NCBI RefSeq assembly: GCF_006345805.1
Contig: NC_043019.1
Span: 18,847,360-18,911,359, forward strand
Length of the DNA stretch: 64,000 nucleotides
Direction of reading: 5' to 3'
Source: Octopus sinensis
Lineage: Eukaryota
The notes below the pieces were generated by a model. That model was not told where the DNA came from, made no database searches, and saw only the letters and a list, made by a program, of their open reading frames with translations. Numbering within the stretch: position 1 is the first letter of the stretch; every line of letters starts with the position of its first letter. Below are positions 13,751 to 26,389 of the stretch, piece after piece. The translations under genes and the position numbers were made by a program.

Positions 13751-14407
13751 ATATACATTAGTATATTATGTTCTTACGAAGACATCCTTTTCCCAGGGGA
13801 CATGCATACCTGCCCTTACAATTACAATTCTTTACTACACTGTTTTCTATTTGGTAGTAACCTGTCTTTCTTATATTTCTAATTTTTCCTTTATTGTTTC
13901 TATGGTTATTATCAGTGCTGTTGATATACCCTTCGTTACTATCCTTGTTGCTGTTTCCACTACTACTATAATTGAGGTTTTCAGTATTTTGATTATTATT
14001 CTTATGAGAATTATTTGGACGGACTTGATTACTTTCTTCATTACACTTGCAATCCTTATTTGAAGGGTTATTTCTATTTTACCCCTACTAATGGTGTTAG
14101 CAATCTCCTCATTTAGCTTCCTACTATAAAGTTTATGAATGTGGTAATCAAAGTTATTAGAGGTTGCATACAATAATTCCACTCTATGTCTTTTAAAGAT
14201 CTTGTGGTATTTGTTAGAAAAGTATCTATCCTATGCAGAAAAGAAATCCCTAGGAATCTTGGATAATACATGTAATCTGAAAATTGGATTATACCACAAA
14301 ACATTGCATTTTTTATACTTGTTGTTCAGTCTATTATGACTAATATAATCTGAGGTAAGGACACTATCTAAGGAACTCCAGATAACTAATATTTAGATTA
14401 GTCCTAT

Positions 14408-14520
14408 TTTGGAGTAAAGATTGTTTGCCAACATAACATGGCGGTCCTAGTTTAGGACAAATGTTGCTGTAATTTGACCCCAGAAGACATGTTACATTTG
14501 CAAACAATCTTTACTCCAAA
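14408..14520. mobile_element. Short hairpin MITE
   Basis: 33-bp imperfect inverted arms, TTTGGAGTAAAGATTGTTTGC... (14408-14440 and 14488-14520). Confidence 0.6.
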
Positions 14521-14976
14521 GTACAGTTGCTGAATATCTCTTGTTATGAGATTTACAAATAGTAATTCTCTATTCCTATTTTCCCCTTTAGTTTTATGGG
14601 GTTAAGATGACCACATTTATCTATTTCATGTTTATAATTTCCTCTACTAAAATGTGGTCCAGTGCTATCATTCTTGTTGCTATATACATTAATTAGATTA
14701 TTATTAAGTATGTATTTGATTTTCATGTATATCCAGCCCCAGCTAACGCTACATTGTAATAACGTGAGTTCAATATCCCTTCATTTGCTGAAAGTCTAGA
14801 TATTCAATTGGATATATTGTTTATAGTCCCTTTTATAACAGAGAGTGGGTGATTAGAATTTGTGTTGACATTCAGCAAGGCTGAAATGCACATTAAGCAT
14901 TACGTTTTACAGAGTGTACCAAGAGGAGTGAGAATGGAGAAGAAGAGGGAGTGACTGAGAAATGAGCAATGGATAT

Positions 14977-15012
<36 letters not shown>

Positions 15013-15675
15013 AATGTATTGCAAACTGTGGATGTGTAATAAAAACACAGGTGAAAGAATCGTGTTTGGCAAACAGAAAATAAGCAAGAAAAGAAAGGCA
15101 AGAGTGTGCGATGATGTCTGTGGCAAAGAGCAGAGAGAGAGAAACCCACTATGATCGTTAATCATATCGACAGCATAATTAAGTGTGATTGATAATAGGA
15201 AGGAGTGAGTGACAGAAGCATGGATGTAGAAAGCAAGAACAGGTGAGTTAAAGGCACTGGGAAAAGGGGTCATGTGTCACAGCGGTATGGTCAAGAGGCA
15301 GATGACTGAGAGGGAGGGAGGGAGGGAGGAAGATGTGTGATGTGAGGGAGAGGAGAAAGAGGAGTGAATGATATGCAGAGATGCGTGTGTGTGTTTTTTC
15401 CATGCTAGCATGAGTTGGATGGTGCGACAGGAGTTATCAAGTCAGAAGATGGCACCAAAACCCAAAGTCTGTTTGGGAATGGTTTTTACGACTGGATGCC
15501 CTTCTTAATACCAACCACTTTATAACACGTATTGGATACTTTTTGCATGTCACCAGCATTGGGGAAGTCACCAAGTAGAACCTAAGACCATATAGCCACA
15601 TATATATAAAACTGAATTTGTGAAAATTCTATTTATGCATAATCAGAAGCAAAAGAAGAAAATGGTCAAATAGCA

Positions 15676-16101
15676 ATTTCAAAGTTCGTTTCTTTGCAAG
15701 ATCTTATTATTTCAAAGTTCGTTTCTTTGCAAGATCTTATTATTTCAAAGTTCGTTTCTTTGCAAGATCTTATTATTTCAAAGTTCGTTTCTTTGCAAGA
15801 TCTTATTATTTCAAAGTTCGTTTCTTTGCAAGATCTTATTATTTCAAAGTTCGTTTCTTTGCAAGATCTTATTATTTCAAAGTTCGTTTCTTTGCAAGAT
15901 CTTATTATTTCAAAGTTCGTTTCTTTGCAAGATCTTATTATTTCAAAGTTCGTTTCTTTGCAAGATCTTATTATTTCAAAGTTCGTTTCTTTGCAAGATC
16001 TTATTATTTCAAAGTTCGTTTCTTTGCAAGATCTTATTATTTCAAAGTTCGTTTCTTTGCAAGATCTTATTATTTCAAAGTTCGTTTCTTTGCAAGATCT
16101 T
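15676..16101 (+). repeat. Perfect 33-bp tandem repeat, about 13 units
   Basis: Unit ATTTCAAAGTTCGTTTCTTTGCAAGATCTTATT; ORF 15694-16119 reads (QDLIISKFVSL)x12. Confidence 0.95.
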
Positions 16102-16392
16102 AGTCATGTCTTAGCATAAATCTGACAAAATAAAAACGAAAGGGCAAAATAATGTCAAAAACACAAAATTATGGAAAAGAAAATTATCCAACTTTTTTTC
16201 CCCACAATTGTTTTCTAATTCTGAAGAAATTATGGCTTTTGGCACACAAGATAATTACTGAGTCTCTTCTAGAAAACTACTTATACATACATACATATAC
16301 ACATGCCTACATACATACATACATACATATACACATGCCTACATACATACATACATACATATACACATGCCTGCCTACATACATACATACAT

Positions 16393-16435
<43 letters not shown>

Positions 16436-16599
16436 CACGCACACACACACACACACACATACATACATACATACATACATACATACATACATACATACAT
16501 ACATACATGGTGGCTGCCCCCTCGTTATCGAGTATGGCCATTGCACGAAGCTTAATCAATGTTGTTATTGTGCAATGCCTGTGCAAGAATATTTTTTTT

Positions 16600-17060
16600 T
16601 AAGTGAGGAAAGGCTGTGCACTGAGTCAATCCCACTCACTAAGCAACAGCAGCCATAATCCGAAAAGAAGAACAAGTCAACATCATCGGTAACCACTGAG
16701 CCGCAGATTTTATGTCGGAGTTATCCCAGTTACCTGAGTTACCTTCTCCTAGAAGGATGCCCTAACAAAGGCTGGGAGTCCTTCACTCCCAATGGTTTAA
16801 CCGTGCGATCGGGTATTCAGTTCGATTATTTCTATGTCCCCGCGCATGATACAGCCTTAAGACATTTATTGGATGGCCGTTGACTCTCAAGAGTTCCTCC
16901 GCCCTTTGACGGGTTTTGTTCTTCATCCCGCAGGGTGTCCAATAAACAGCCTCCTCACCAAGCAAGCTTGGTGGGGTTGCCGGTTTAGTCGCCGATGACC
17001 CGACCATGCCACAGGTTGTACTGGGTTACATGTTACCAGCAGCACTCGAAAGTGACCTGA
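16600..17060 (-). mobile_element. GC-richer interspersed repeat resembling an RTE 5' UTR
   Basis: Bounded by microsatellites; minus strand carries GGGCATCCTTCTAGGAGAAGGTAACTC, similar to RTE 5' UTRs. Recognition from memory only. Confidence 0.35.
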
Positions 17061-17287
17061 CATACATACATACATACACATATGTATACATATATAGACA
17101 CACATATGCATACATGCATATATTCAAACATACATACATGTATAACTACAGATATACCATAAGTACAGCAGATATATGTAGAGACAGCTAAAACGAAGAA
17201 CCATGTGGAGATTAAATCAAGTTACATATTGAAATATATATAGATGATGATGATGATGATGATGATGATGAAATAGATAAATATACA

Positions 17288-17343
<56 letters not shown>

Positions 17344-18086
17344 ATGCATGGATACACTGGGCATTTATTTGCCCCGGGGTCTCATGGGTCTTAGGGGCCC
17401 AGTTCTGATCTATGTATGCTGTGGTTTGCTGTCAATAAATAACTACTACAGGACCCAGTGCACTGATTTGCCAGGGGCCCTATAATGCTTCTGAAATGGT
17501 CCTGGAGAGACACAAAAAGGTGGACGGCCAGACTGAGTTGGAAGACTTGTAAAGATAACGGAAGCAGGTAATGACGACCAAATGTAAGAGAAAGAACTCT
17601 AGACATTTAGACGATTTTTCTGTGGAAATTAGAAGGCTGCAGTGAGTGCTGAATCACTCAAATTTTCTCCAATACCAACAATATATAACTGTATGTATGA
17701 TGTGTGTGTGCTTTCGTTTTACGATCAGAAAAATAAAAGTGAAAATATTGACGCTTATTTGGCAAACTTCAGCATCTCCATACGGTCGGGTTGACTAGGA
17801 AACCCATCCGTTTCTTCTGTCTTTTTTTCTTTTAGAAAAGCAATATTAGAAACCATTCTTCGCGTTTTCAGTAGCCGAGACTGGGATTTTGTTGGAAAAA
17901 AATGCTTTTCAAATTTCAAATTTTTTTCATATGGAAATTACGATTTTGAAAAAAAAGGATATTGATTCCAAATTTCAGTTTTTGAATGATAATTTTTTTA
18001 CGCTAAATTTGCACTTTCATTTTGTGATCGTAAAATGAAAGTACATACATACATGAATGTATATGTATGTACATATACATAATATT

Positions 18087-18174
<88 letters not shown>

Positions 18175-18482
18175 ACATACCATACATATGTACTTATATG
18201 TACATGAGTGTAGACATACGCACCTAAACAATCTTGTCTAAGAAGATATAAAAGGAGTCGGTGAGGGTCAGCATATTTCCCCACGTCCCTCGGATTCACT
18301 AATAAATAAAATAAACGAAAAATAACATTTATACCCAAAGCGTACTGAGAATTAAAGAAAAAACATTAGAATATACACGAACGAAACATACGCGAATCAC
18401 ATCTATAAATACTTGAGACATTATACATATTAATTACATGGACAAACATACGTAGAGAAAGCATGGGTGTTGAATAGACAGG

Positions 18483-18555
<73 letters not shown>

Positions 18556-18606
18556 TAATGAAATAGACATACATGTGTCTAGGTGTCAAGTATGAGTGCG
18601 TGTGTA

Positions 18607-18695
<89 letters not shown>

Positions 18696-19054
18696 TATGT
18701 CGTTCGGAATTACCTGCTATCCGAGCCAGTGGCCGTCGTTATAACCAGACAGACAATTAAGTGTGGGAAGAGGACCAAACACGCTCCTCTGTTGATCAAT
18801 CCTCCAGCACCGATGCTTTCATATACACACATACACACTCTATTGTGGATACTATACATATACACACACACATATATATATATATATGTATGTAAGTGTT
18901 ATATATATATATATATGTATGTATGTATATGGGAAGTATAATTCTTCTTTAACTATGTAAATCGAAGAAGTATATAAATAACAGCGTATTGAATATTGAA
19001 TGAAAAAAAACCCTTCGTGTGTGTGTTTGTATATATATATATATATATATATGT

Positions 19055-19089
<35 letters not shown>

Positions 19090-19399
19090 GAAACCTATAT
19101 ATGTGTGTGTGTGTGTAAAGAGAATCTTATTCCAAAGTCATCACCATTTGTTGCGCTTTGCCGAAAGAAAGAGACGAAACCGCACGCACGCACACATATC
19201 CAAACACGACTGCATTCATTCATACACGACTCCACTGGAATAAGGCCGTGGGAGTGATATGAATAGAGAAATGAAGGAGTTAGAGGAAGAAAGGGAGATG
19301 AAGGGAAAAGATGGTATTGGAGAGAGAAAGACTGGAAAAGAAGAAAGATAAGTAGGAAACTAGGAAGAGAGATGATCACATTGTCAAAGAACTATGTTA

Positions 19400-19464
<65 letters not shown>

Positions 19465-19905
19465 TAGACAGACAGATAGATAGATAGACGGATAGATAGT
19501 AAACAGATGTCTTGAAAGAACGTGTGCCAGGTTAAAGAGAAAACACAAGTGACGCTAAGTGTAAGACAAAATCATAGAAGAAAGATGGAAAGAAAAAATT
19601 AATCAGAAAGGACGAGAAAGAGAGAGAGAGAGAGAGAACAGAGTGATTGGTAGAAGAGAGAAAAAAGAAGGGCAAGAAAAGAGAAAGTGAGTAAGAGAGA
19701 GATAAAAAGAAAGTGAAAGTAAGAGAAAACGAAGAATAAGGGGAGAGAATTACTGACCGACAATTTTTTTAAATTAAGATTGCAAGTGTCATAGTAATAT
19801 TGTCTTGTGTACGTTGTTTAAATTTGTCCATTCACGAAATGGATAATAAATATATGATAATCTAAAGTATTTTCTATTATAGAACACTATACATATATGT
19901 GTGTG

Positions 19906-19971
<66 letters not shown>

Positions 19972-20214
19972 CGCACACATACTTATACACACCTAGGATT
20001 TCGATGTATTAAAATGGTTTCCCTATTTCCCGTCCGATTTGCGTTCTAGCCACAAACCTGTGTAAATGTGTGTACATTATTATACACACATATTTAGTAT
20101 CCTGGGAAGTGGGAGTTAGTCCCAACCTGTTGTACCTCTCCGGTCTGTGCGTCTGTATGTGTGTGTGTGAGAGAGAGAAAGAAAGAAATATCTTCATGTG
20201 TATGGGCCCGTGTA

Positions 20215-20260
20215 TATTATGTAGATAGATAGGTAGATAGATAGATAGATAGATAGATGG

Positions 20261-20304
<44 letters not shown>

Positions 20305-20336
20305 GAAGAGATAGATAGATAGATAGATAGATAGAT

Positions 20337-20399
<63 letters not shown>

Positions 20400-20444
20400 G
20401 GAGAGATAGATAGATAGATAGATAGATAGATAAATAGATAGATC

Positions 20445-20483
<39 letters not shown>

Positions 20484-20515
20484 GGAGAGAGAGAGAGATA
20501 GATAGATGATAGATG

Positions 20516-20566
<51 letters not shown>

Positions 20567-20596
20567 GGATGGATGGATGGATGGATATAGATAGAT

Positions 20597-20650
<54 letters not shown>
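20215..20650. repeat. (GATA)n tetranucleotide array
   Basis: Seen directly. Confidence 0.95.
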
Positions 20651-20653
<3 letters not shown>

Positions 20654-20879
20654 AGCCGACTTGGAGCTGTACGTTTACAAAACCTACCATACTGACCTTC
20701 ACCTTCGATATAAAACGGAAGTGACCTAAGGAATGGAAATACCTTAACCGACATGCAACATATGATTATAGGCAATACTTACACGTGGAAGCAGGTTATT
20801 GACTGACATACAGGATTTATGATTATAAAATGAAACAATAACGAAGTTGGCTTGGCTCATTTCAGTCGGCCTCATGTAA

Positions 20880-21715
20880 ACAATACTCATCATTTAACGT
20901 CCGTTTTCCATGCTGGCATGGGTTGGACGCTTTGACCGGAACTGGTAAGCTATAGATCTGCACCAAGTTCCAGTCTGATTTTGCTTGGTTTCCACAGCTG
21001 GATGCCCTTCCTAACGCCAACCACTCCGAGAGTGTAGTGGGTGTTTTTACGTGCCACCGGCACGAGGGCCAGTCAGGCGGCACTGGCAACGACCTCGCTT
21101 CGAATGTTTTTCATGTGCCACCAGCACAAGTGCCAGTAAGGCGACGCAAATAACGATCACACTCGGATGGTGTTTTTTAACGTGCCATCGGCATGGAGGC
21201 CAGCTTGTTGCTCTGGCAACGATCTCACTCGTATGGTACTCTTAACTCTCCTCTAGCACGCGTGCCAGTCACCGAGTTTGATTTCGATTCCGATTCACTT
21301 GCCTCAACTGGTCTTCGCAAGCAGAGTTTAGTGTCCAATGAAGGAAAGGTACGCATAAGTGGACTGGTTACACCCCTGGCATAGGCCACGAGGTTATGGT
21401 CTCACTTGGCTTGCCAGGTCTTCTCAAGCACAGCATATTTCCAGAGGTCCTGGTCACTAGTCATTGCCTTGGTGAGGCCCAGTGTTTGAAGGTCATGCTC
21501 CACCACCTCATCCCAGGTCTTCCTGGGTCTACCTCTTCCAAAGGTTCCCTCAACTGCTAGGATGTGGCACTTTTTCACGCAGCTATCTTCGTCCATTCTC
21601 ACCACATGGCCATACCAGCACAGTCGTCTCTCTTGCACACCACATCTGATGCTTCTTAGGTCCAACTTTTCTCTCAGGGCACTAACACTCTATCGAGTAT
21701 GCACATGGATATAAC
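20880..21715 (-). mobile_element. 5'-truncated RTE LINE 3' end
   Basis: DLRSIRCGVQERRLCWYGHVVRM..GRPRKTW, then 3' UTR and shared tail. Confidence 0.85.
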
Positions 21716-21879
21716 ATATATAAGTACACACACACACACACATGCACACACACACACACACACATGCACACACACATATATATATATATAAATATAAGTT
21801 CAGCAAAATTTAGATTCAGATGAATCTGGTACTTAAGTTAGAAGCACCAGAATTTTGTATGGTATTATCCATATAAATC

Positions 21880-24800
21880 AAATGGGGTGATTATAATCAA
21901 AATAAGCAACAAGGATATCCAAGGTATTGTTGTACAATCGTTTCATGCTACTTCATTTTATTAAACACTAAGTATTACATCAGTTTTAAATGTAGAGCAA
22001 TCTTCAGCTGACTTAAATATTTTTTCACTGCAATTTTAAACCATTTTATCTTACTCATTTACCCACTATATCATCTTACCGAAAATTACATTTCTATTAG
22101 ACACGCACTTAACCTATATAGAACCAAACTGTTATAACTCAAGTGAAGTACATTCTAAAATTATTAACATGCAGGAAATATATGATATGTCCAGCATATT
22201 CCTTTAATTTAACTCATTAATACAAATAAATTACTATTTACTAACTAACTATACATCTATATTAATAATAATCTGATATATATATTTTTATAAATATGAA
22301 ATGATTTCTATACTCTCCATCCCTATATAAGATACTAAAATTTATTAGAATCCTTTGGAAAAAACTATCTAAAAGATATTTATTTCAAATCACAAATAGG
22401 ATTTGGCTGTTAAATGGTTAAGGTACTGGAAGTCTCTATTTTCCCTACTCCTCTAGCTTCAGCCTACTAACTTTAGCTGAAAAAACTTAAAATGTACCAG
22501 AGTTAAGTTTTTCACAAAAGGGTTGGATTTATGGCTCTGCCACTTAAAACTGCCCCTTCCTCTATTTATAAATAGATAAATTCTTGATTGTCTCCACTGA
22601 AATTAATAGAAACCCCCTCCCCAATAGTAAATCTAAATAACAAAGTAAATTCAGTAATAAGAAATCTACCCATGAGTAAAGATCTTTTACTACCATGTTT
22701 TTACTGATGAAATTCACCTCTCTGTCTATATACCTACCCTCTTTGTAATGTTGGCAAATGGAATATGTATAAAAATGAACATTGTCAATTTAATTTTAAA
22801 ATTACATATAAGGCAATTAGAAGCATGAAAACAGGGAAAGCCCCAGGCCCATCAGGAATTACTGCAGAGATGCTCAAAATATCTGGTAGTGCTGGCTATA
22901 GCCTAGTCACCCGTATAGTTAACCAGGTGATACACGAAGGAGTCATTCCCAATGACTGGTGTAGCAGCATAATAGTTAACTGCTACAAAGGTAAAGGTGA
23001 CGCCCTAGATACAAATAACTACAGGGGTATCAAGCTACTAGATCAAGTAATGAAGGTAACGGAGAGGGTTATAGCCCAACAAATTAGAGAGAGAGTTAGC
23101 TTAGATCAGATGCAGTTTGGGTTCGTGCCAGGGAAAAGTACTACTGATGCTATTTTCCTTGTAAGACAGCTGCAGGAGAAATACCTAGCCAAAGACAAAC
23201 CCCTATACCTGGCTTTTGTTGATATGGAGAAAGCCTTCGACAGGGTCCCCCGATCCCTTATCTGGTGGTCAATGAGGAAACTAGGGATAGATAAATGGTT
23301 AGTGAGAGCTGTACAAGCCATGTACAGAGACGCTGCTAGTAAGGTGAGGGTCGGCACCGAGTACAGTGAAGAATTCAGGGTAGAGGTTGGGGTCCACCAA
23401 GGTTCAGTCCTCAGCCCCCTCCTATTTATCATAGTCCTCCAGGCAATAACGGAGGAATTCAAGACTGGATGCCCCTGGGAGCTCCTCTATGCTGATGACC
23501 TTGCTCTAATTGCTGAGTCTCTATCAGAACTGGAGGAGAAGTTTCAGGTGTGGAAGCAAGGTTTAGAATCGAAAGGCCTTAGAATCAACCTAGCCAAAAC
23601 CAAAGTCCTAATAAGTAGGAAGGTAGACCAATCACAAACGCCTTCAGGTAGATGGCCTTGCTCGATCTGTAGAAAAGGCGTAGGTAGAAACTCTATAAGA
23701 TGCACCAAATGTAAGCTATGGACACATAAGAGATGTAGTAATGTCAAAGGAAGACTAACTAGGAAAATAGTTTTTATCTGTGGTAGATGCTCAGGAGCAA
23801 TAAACTCTGGAAATATGCAGAGACCAACTTCTATCACGTTTCAGGGAGAAAAACTAGAAGTAGTTGATAGCTTCCGCTACCTAGGTGACCAAGTCAGTAG
23901 TGGGGGCGGGTGTGCTGAAAGTATAACTGCTAGAGTAAGAATAGCCTGGGCAAAGTTTAGAGAGCTCTTACCCCTACTGGTGACAAAAGGCCTCTCGCTC
24001 AAAGTAAAAGGCAGACTGTATGATGCATGTGTACGTACAGCCATGCTACATGGTAGTGAAACTTGGGCTGTGACTGCTGAGGATTTACGTAAGCTCGCAA
24101 GAAATGAAGCTAGTATGCTCCGTTGGATGTGTAACGTCAGTGTTCATAGTCGACAGAGTGTAAGTACCTTGAGAGAAAAGTTGGACCTAAGAGGCATCAG
24201 ATGTTGTGTGCAAGAGAGACATTTGCGCTGGTATGGTCATGTGGCAAGAATGGACGAAGATAGGTGTCTGAAAAAGTGCCACACCCTGGCAGTTGAGGGG
24301 ACCTGTGGAAGAGGTAGACCCAGGAAAACCTGGGACAAGGTGGTGAAGCACGACCTTCGAACTCTAGGTCTCACCAAGGAAATGACCAGAGACCGAGACC
24401 TGTGGAAGTATGCTGTGCGTGAGAAGACCCGGCAAGACCAGTGAGAACAATCGTCCGCTGCCAGCCTCGTCTGGCACCCGTGCCGGTGACACGTAAAAGC
24501 ACCGTCCGTTCGTGGGCGTTTGCCAGCTCTGTCTGGCCCTGTGTCGGTGACACGTAAAAGCACCATCCGCTCGTGTTCGTTGCCAGCCTCGGCTGGCCCC
24601 CGTGCCGGTGACACATAAAAGCACCATCCGCTCGTGTTCGTGCCAGCCTCGGCTGGCCCCGTGCCAGTGACACGTAAAAGCACCATCCGTTCATGGCCGT
24701 TGTGCCAGCTCTGTCTGGCACCTGTGCAGGTGGCACGTAAAAAACACCCACTACACTTGCGGAGTGGTTGGCGTTAGGAAGGGCTGCCGTAGAAACACTG

Positions 24801-25040
24801 CCAAATCTGACTGGGCCTGATGAAGCCTTCCGGCTTCACAGACCCCAGTTAAACCGTCCAACCCATGCTAGCATGGAAAACGGACGCTAAATGATGATGA
24901 TGATGATGATGATGATGATGTGGCTGAAGATTGCTTTACTTTTTAAAACTGATGTAATACTTACATTGTTTAATTAAATGAAGTAGCATGAAACGATTGT
25001 ACTACACTACCTTTGGATATCCTTGTTGCTTATTTTGATT
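21880..25040 (+). mobile_element. Penelope-like 3' fragment with inverted terminal-repeat copy (21880-22020), split by the RTE at 22808-24918
   Basis: About 130-bp inverted repeats at 21890-22015 and 24919-25040, each with a CTGAAGA..GAAACGAT(C/T)GTA core. 22680-22790 is homologous to the spacer at 51975-52070. Weak GIY-YIG-like residues lie near 22330-22500. Confidence 0.6.
22808..24918 (+). mobile_element. Young 5'-truncated RTE-clade LINE with uninterrupted RT ORF (to 24444)
   Basis: KAPGPSG, YRGIKLL, QFGF, FVDMEKAFDRV, GVHQGSVLSPLLF, LYADD and YLG motifs, with no stops over about 545 codons. 3' UTR tandem units and (GAT)n tail. The first 15 aa of the ORF-track entry come from flanking DNA. 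Confidence 0.95.
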
Positions 25041-25104
25041 ATATATATATATATTCTTTTATATGTTTCAGTCCAATGACTGTGGCCATGCTGGAGCACT
25101 GCCA

Positions 25105-26300
25105 TTGTAATCATCTTTCCACTTTCCACCTTTGTCAGAGCGGCTTTTGATGAAGGATGGAGTTTGATGCTACTGCCCTCTTTTGTGTTTCTTGCTTAGA
25201 TATTGGCTCATCTGGGATCTCGGCAATCCAGAGGTCAAGTTCACGTTTGAAAACGTCTACATCCACTCCATGGAGGCTCCTCAGATGCTTCGGCAGACAG
25301 TTAAACAGCTGTGGGCCCTTGAAACCCAAGCTATTGCAGTACATCATCCTTTCCCGAGATGAAGCAGTCGGCACAATGGGGACAGCACAGTAACATCCTG
25401 TTCGTGGTCTGGTATAGCTCTTTATTCCAAAGTTTGGTACCAGTCCTTCCAGTATCTTCCATATATCACTGCATACCTCTCCCGCCTTCATTCTAGAGAA
25501 TAGAGCTGCCGCTCTTTTAACCTGTCCCAGTAGCTCAATCGTTCCATTGACGCAATTTTCTTTGTGTAATGTCGTTGGACTGCTTCAAGCTCTGCTATCA
25601 TCCTTGTAGTATAAGGTGACCATAGCTAAGAGCAGTAGTCCAGTCGGCTGGAGGTCATCATAGCTTCTTGGTCCCTTGTCCAGAAGGTTCTCAGAATCCA
25701 ACCGGCCAGTCTTCTGGCAACTGCTACCATTTTGTTGTTATGTGTGTGAAATGAGGCATTGTTGCTCATTTCTATTCCAAGATCATGTACCGTATTTGAT
25801 TCTGGGATTGTTGCTCCACTTGGTCCAATGTACTGATGCCGTGATTCCTGAGCAGTGCTTAACTGGTAGCAGAGGGCCTGGAATTTACTTGCATTAAATT
25901 GCATGTTATTATCCTCAGCCCATGTATAGATGGCATTGAGATCTTTCTGTAAGAGCGTAGCATCAGAGGTTTCCTTGACTGACTGTGTGACTTTTGTGTT
26001 GTCAGCATAGCTGGTAAACATGGCTGCCTCTGTCACTGATGGCATATCCGATAGAGCCACCATGAAAAGCAGTGGCCCCAGCACAGTGCCCTGGGGCACT
26101 CCACTCATTATTGGTATCCCTGTGGAGAGAGCTCTGTTGGCTCCTGTCCTTTAGGAAATCATGCAGCCACTCTCCAACTTTACCTGCGATGCCCAGTCTC
26201 CATATTTTGTGGCATATCATTCCATGGTTGACCTTGTCAAATGCCTTCGCAAAGTCAAGGTATACCATATTCACCTTTGAGCAGTACCCAGTCATAGTGT
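25105..26300 (-). mobile_element. CR1-like LINE RT 3' fragment
   Basis: YLDFAKAFDKV, GVPQGTVLGPLLF, YADN, DLGI..LAGWILRTF, GPQLFNCLP..FKRELD; frameshifted. Confidence 0.85.
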
Positions 26301-26389
26301 GCAGAAGCTGTGTATATATATATTTATATCTGATGGATTCTCCCATCGGTTTCGATGTACGAAGCTCTGACAATGTGCTTATATTTTGT

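Larger units (their letters stand above)
12397..14890 (-). mobile_element. Naiad-type Penelope-like retroelement relic (RT thumb, linker, GIY-YIG), interrupted by RTE and MITE insertions
   Basis: Minus-strand translation: NSNHPLSVIK..ISRLSANE..ALAGAGY; NVLWYNP..YHKIFKRHRVELLY; CNCKGRYACPLGKGCLRKNIIY; FVGVTADCFRRRFQNHIASF; VWKLKE..NITW; CSLCSKE..RCNH. Multiple stops and frameshifts. Confidence 0.8.

Noticed and set aside
14737-14763. 27-bp plus-strand microexon candidate (CAG..GTGAGT)
   Set aside because: It lies antisense within the Penelope RT-thumb relic.
12397-14890. Selenocysteine recoding in the Naiad-like element
   Set aside because: The visible Cys motifs use TGT. The stops are a mix of TGA, TAA and TAG at non-Cys positions, consistent with decay, and no SECIS was recognised.
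15676-16101. CRISPR-like array
   Set aside because: The repeats are contiguous and identical with no unique spacers; the context is eukaryotic with no cas genes.
21880-25040. DNA transposon with ~130-bp TIRs
   Set aside because: The arms contain hammerhead cores and end unevenly in (TA)n with no TSD; inverted Penelope-like terminal repeats fit better.
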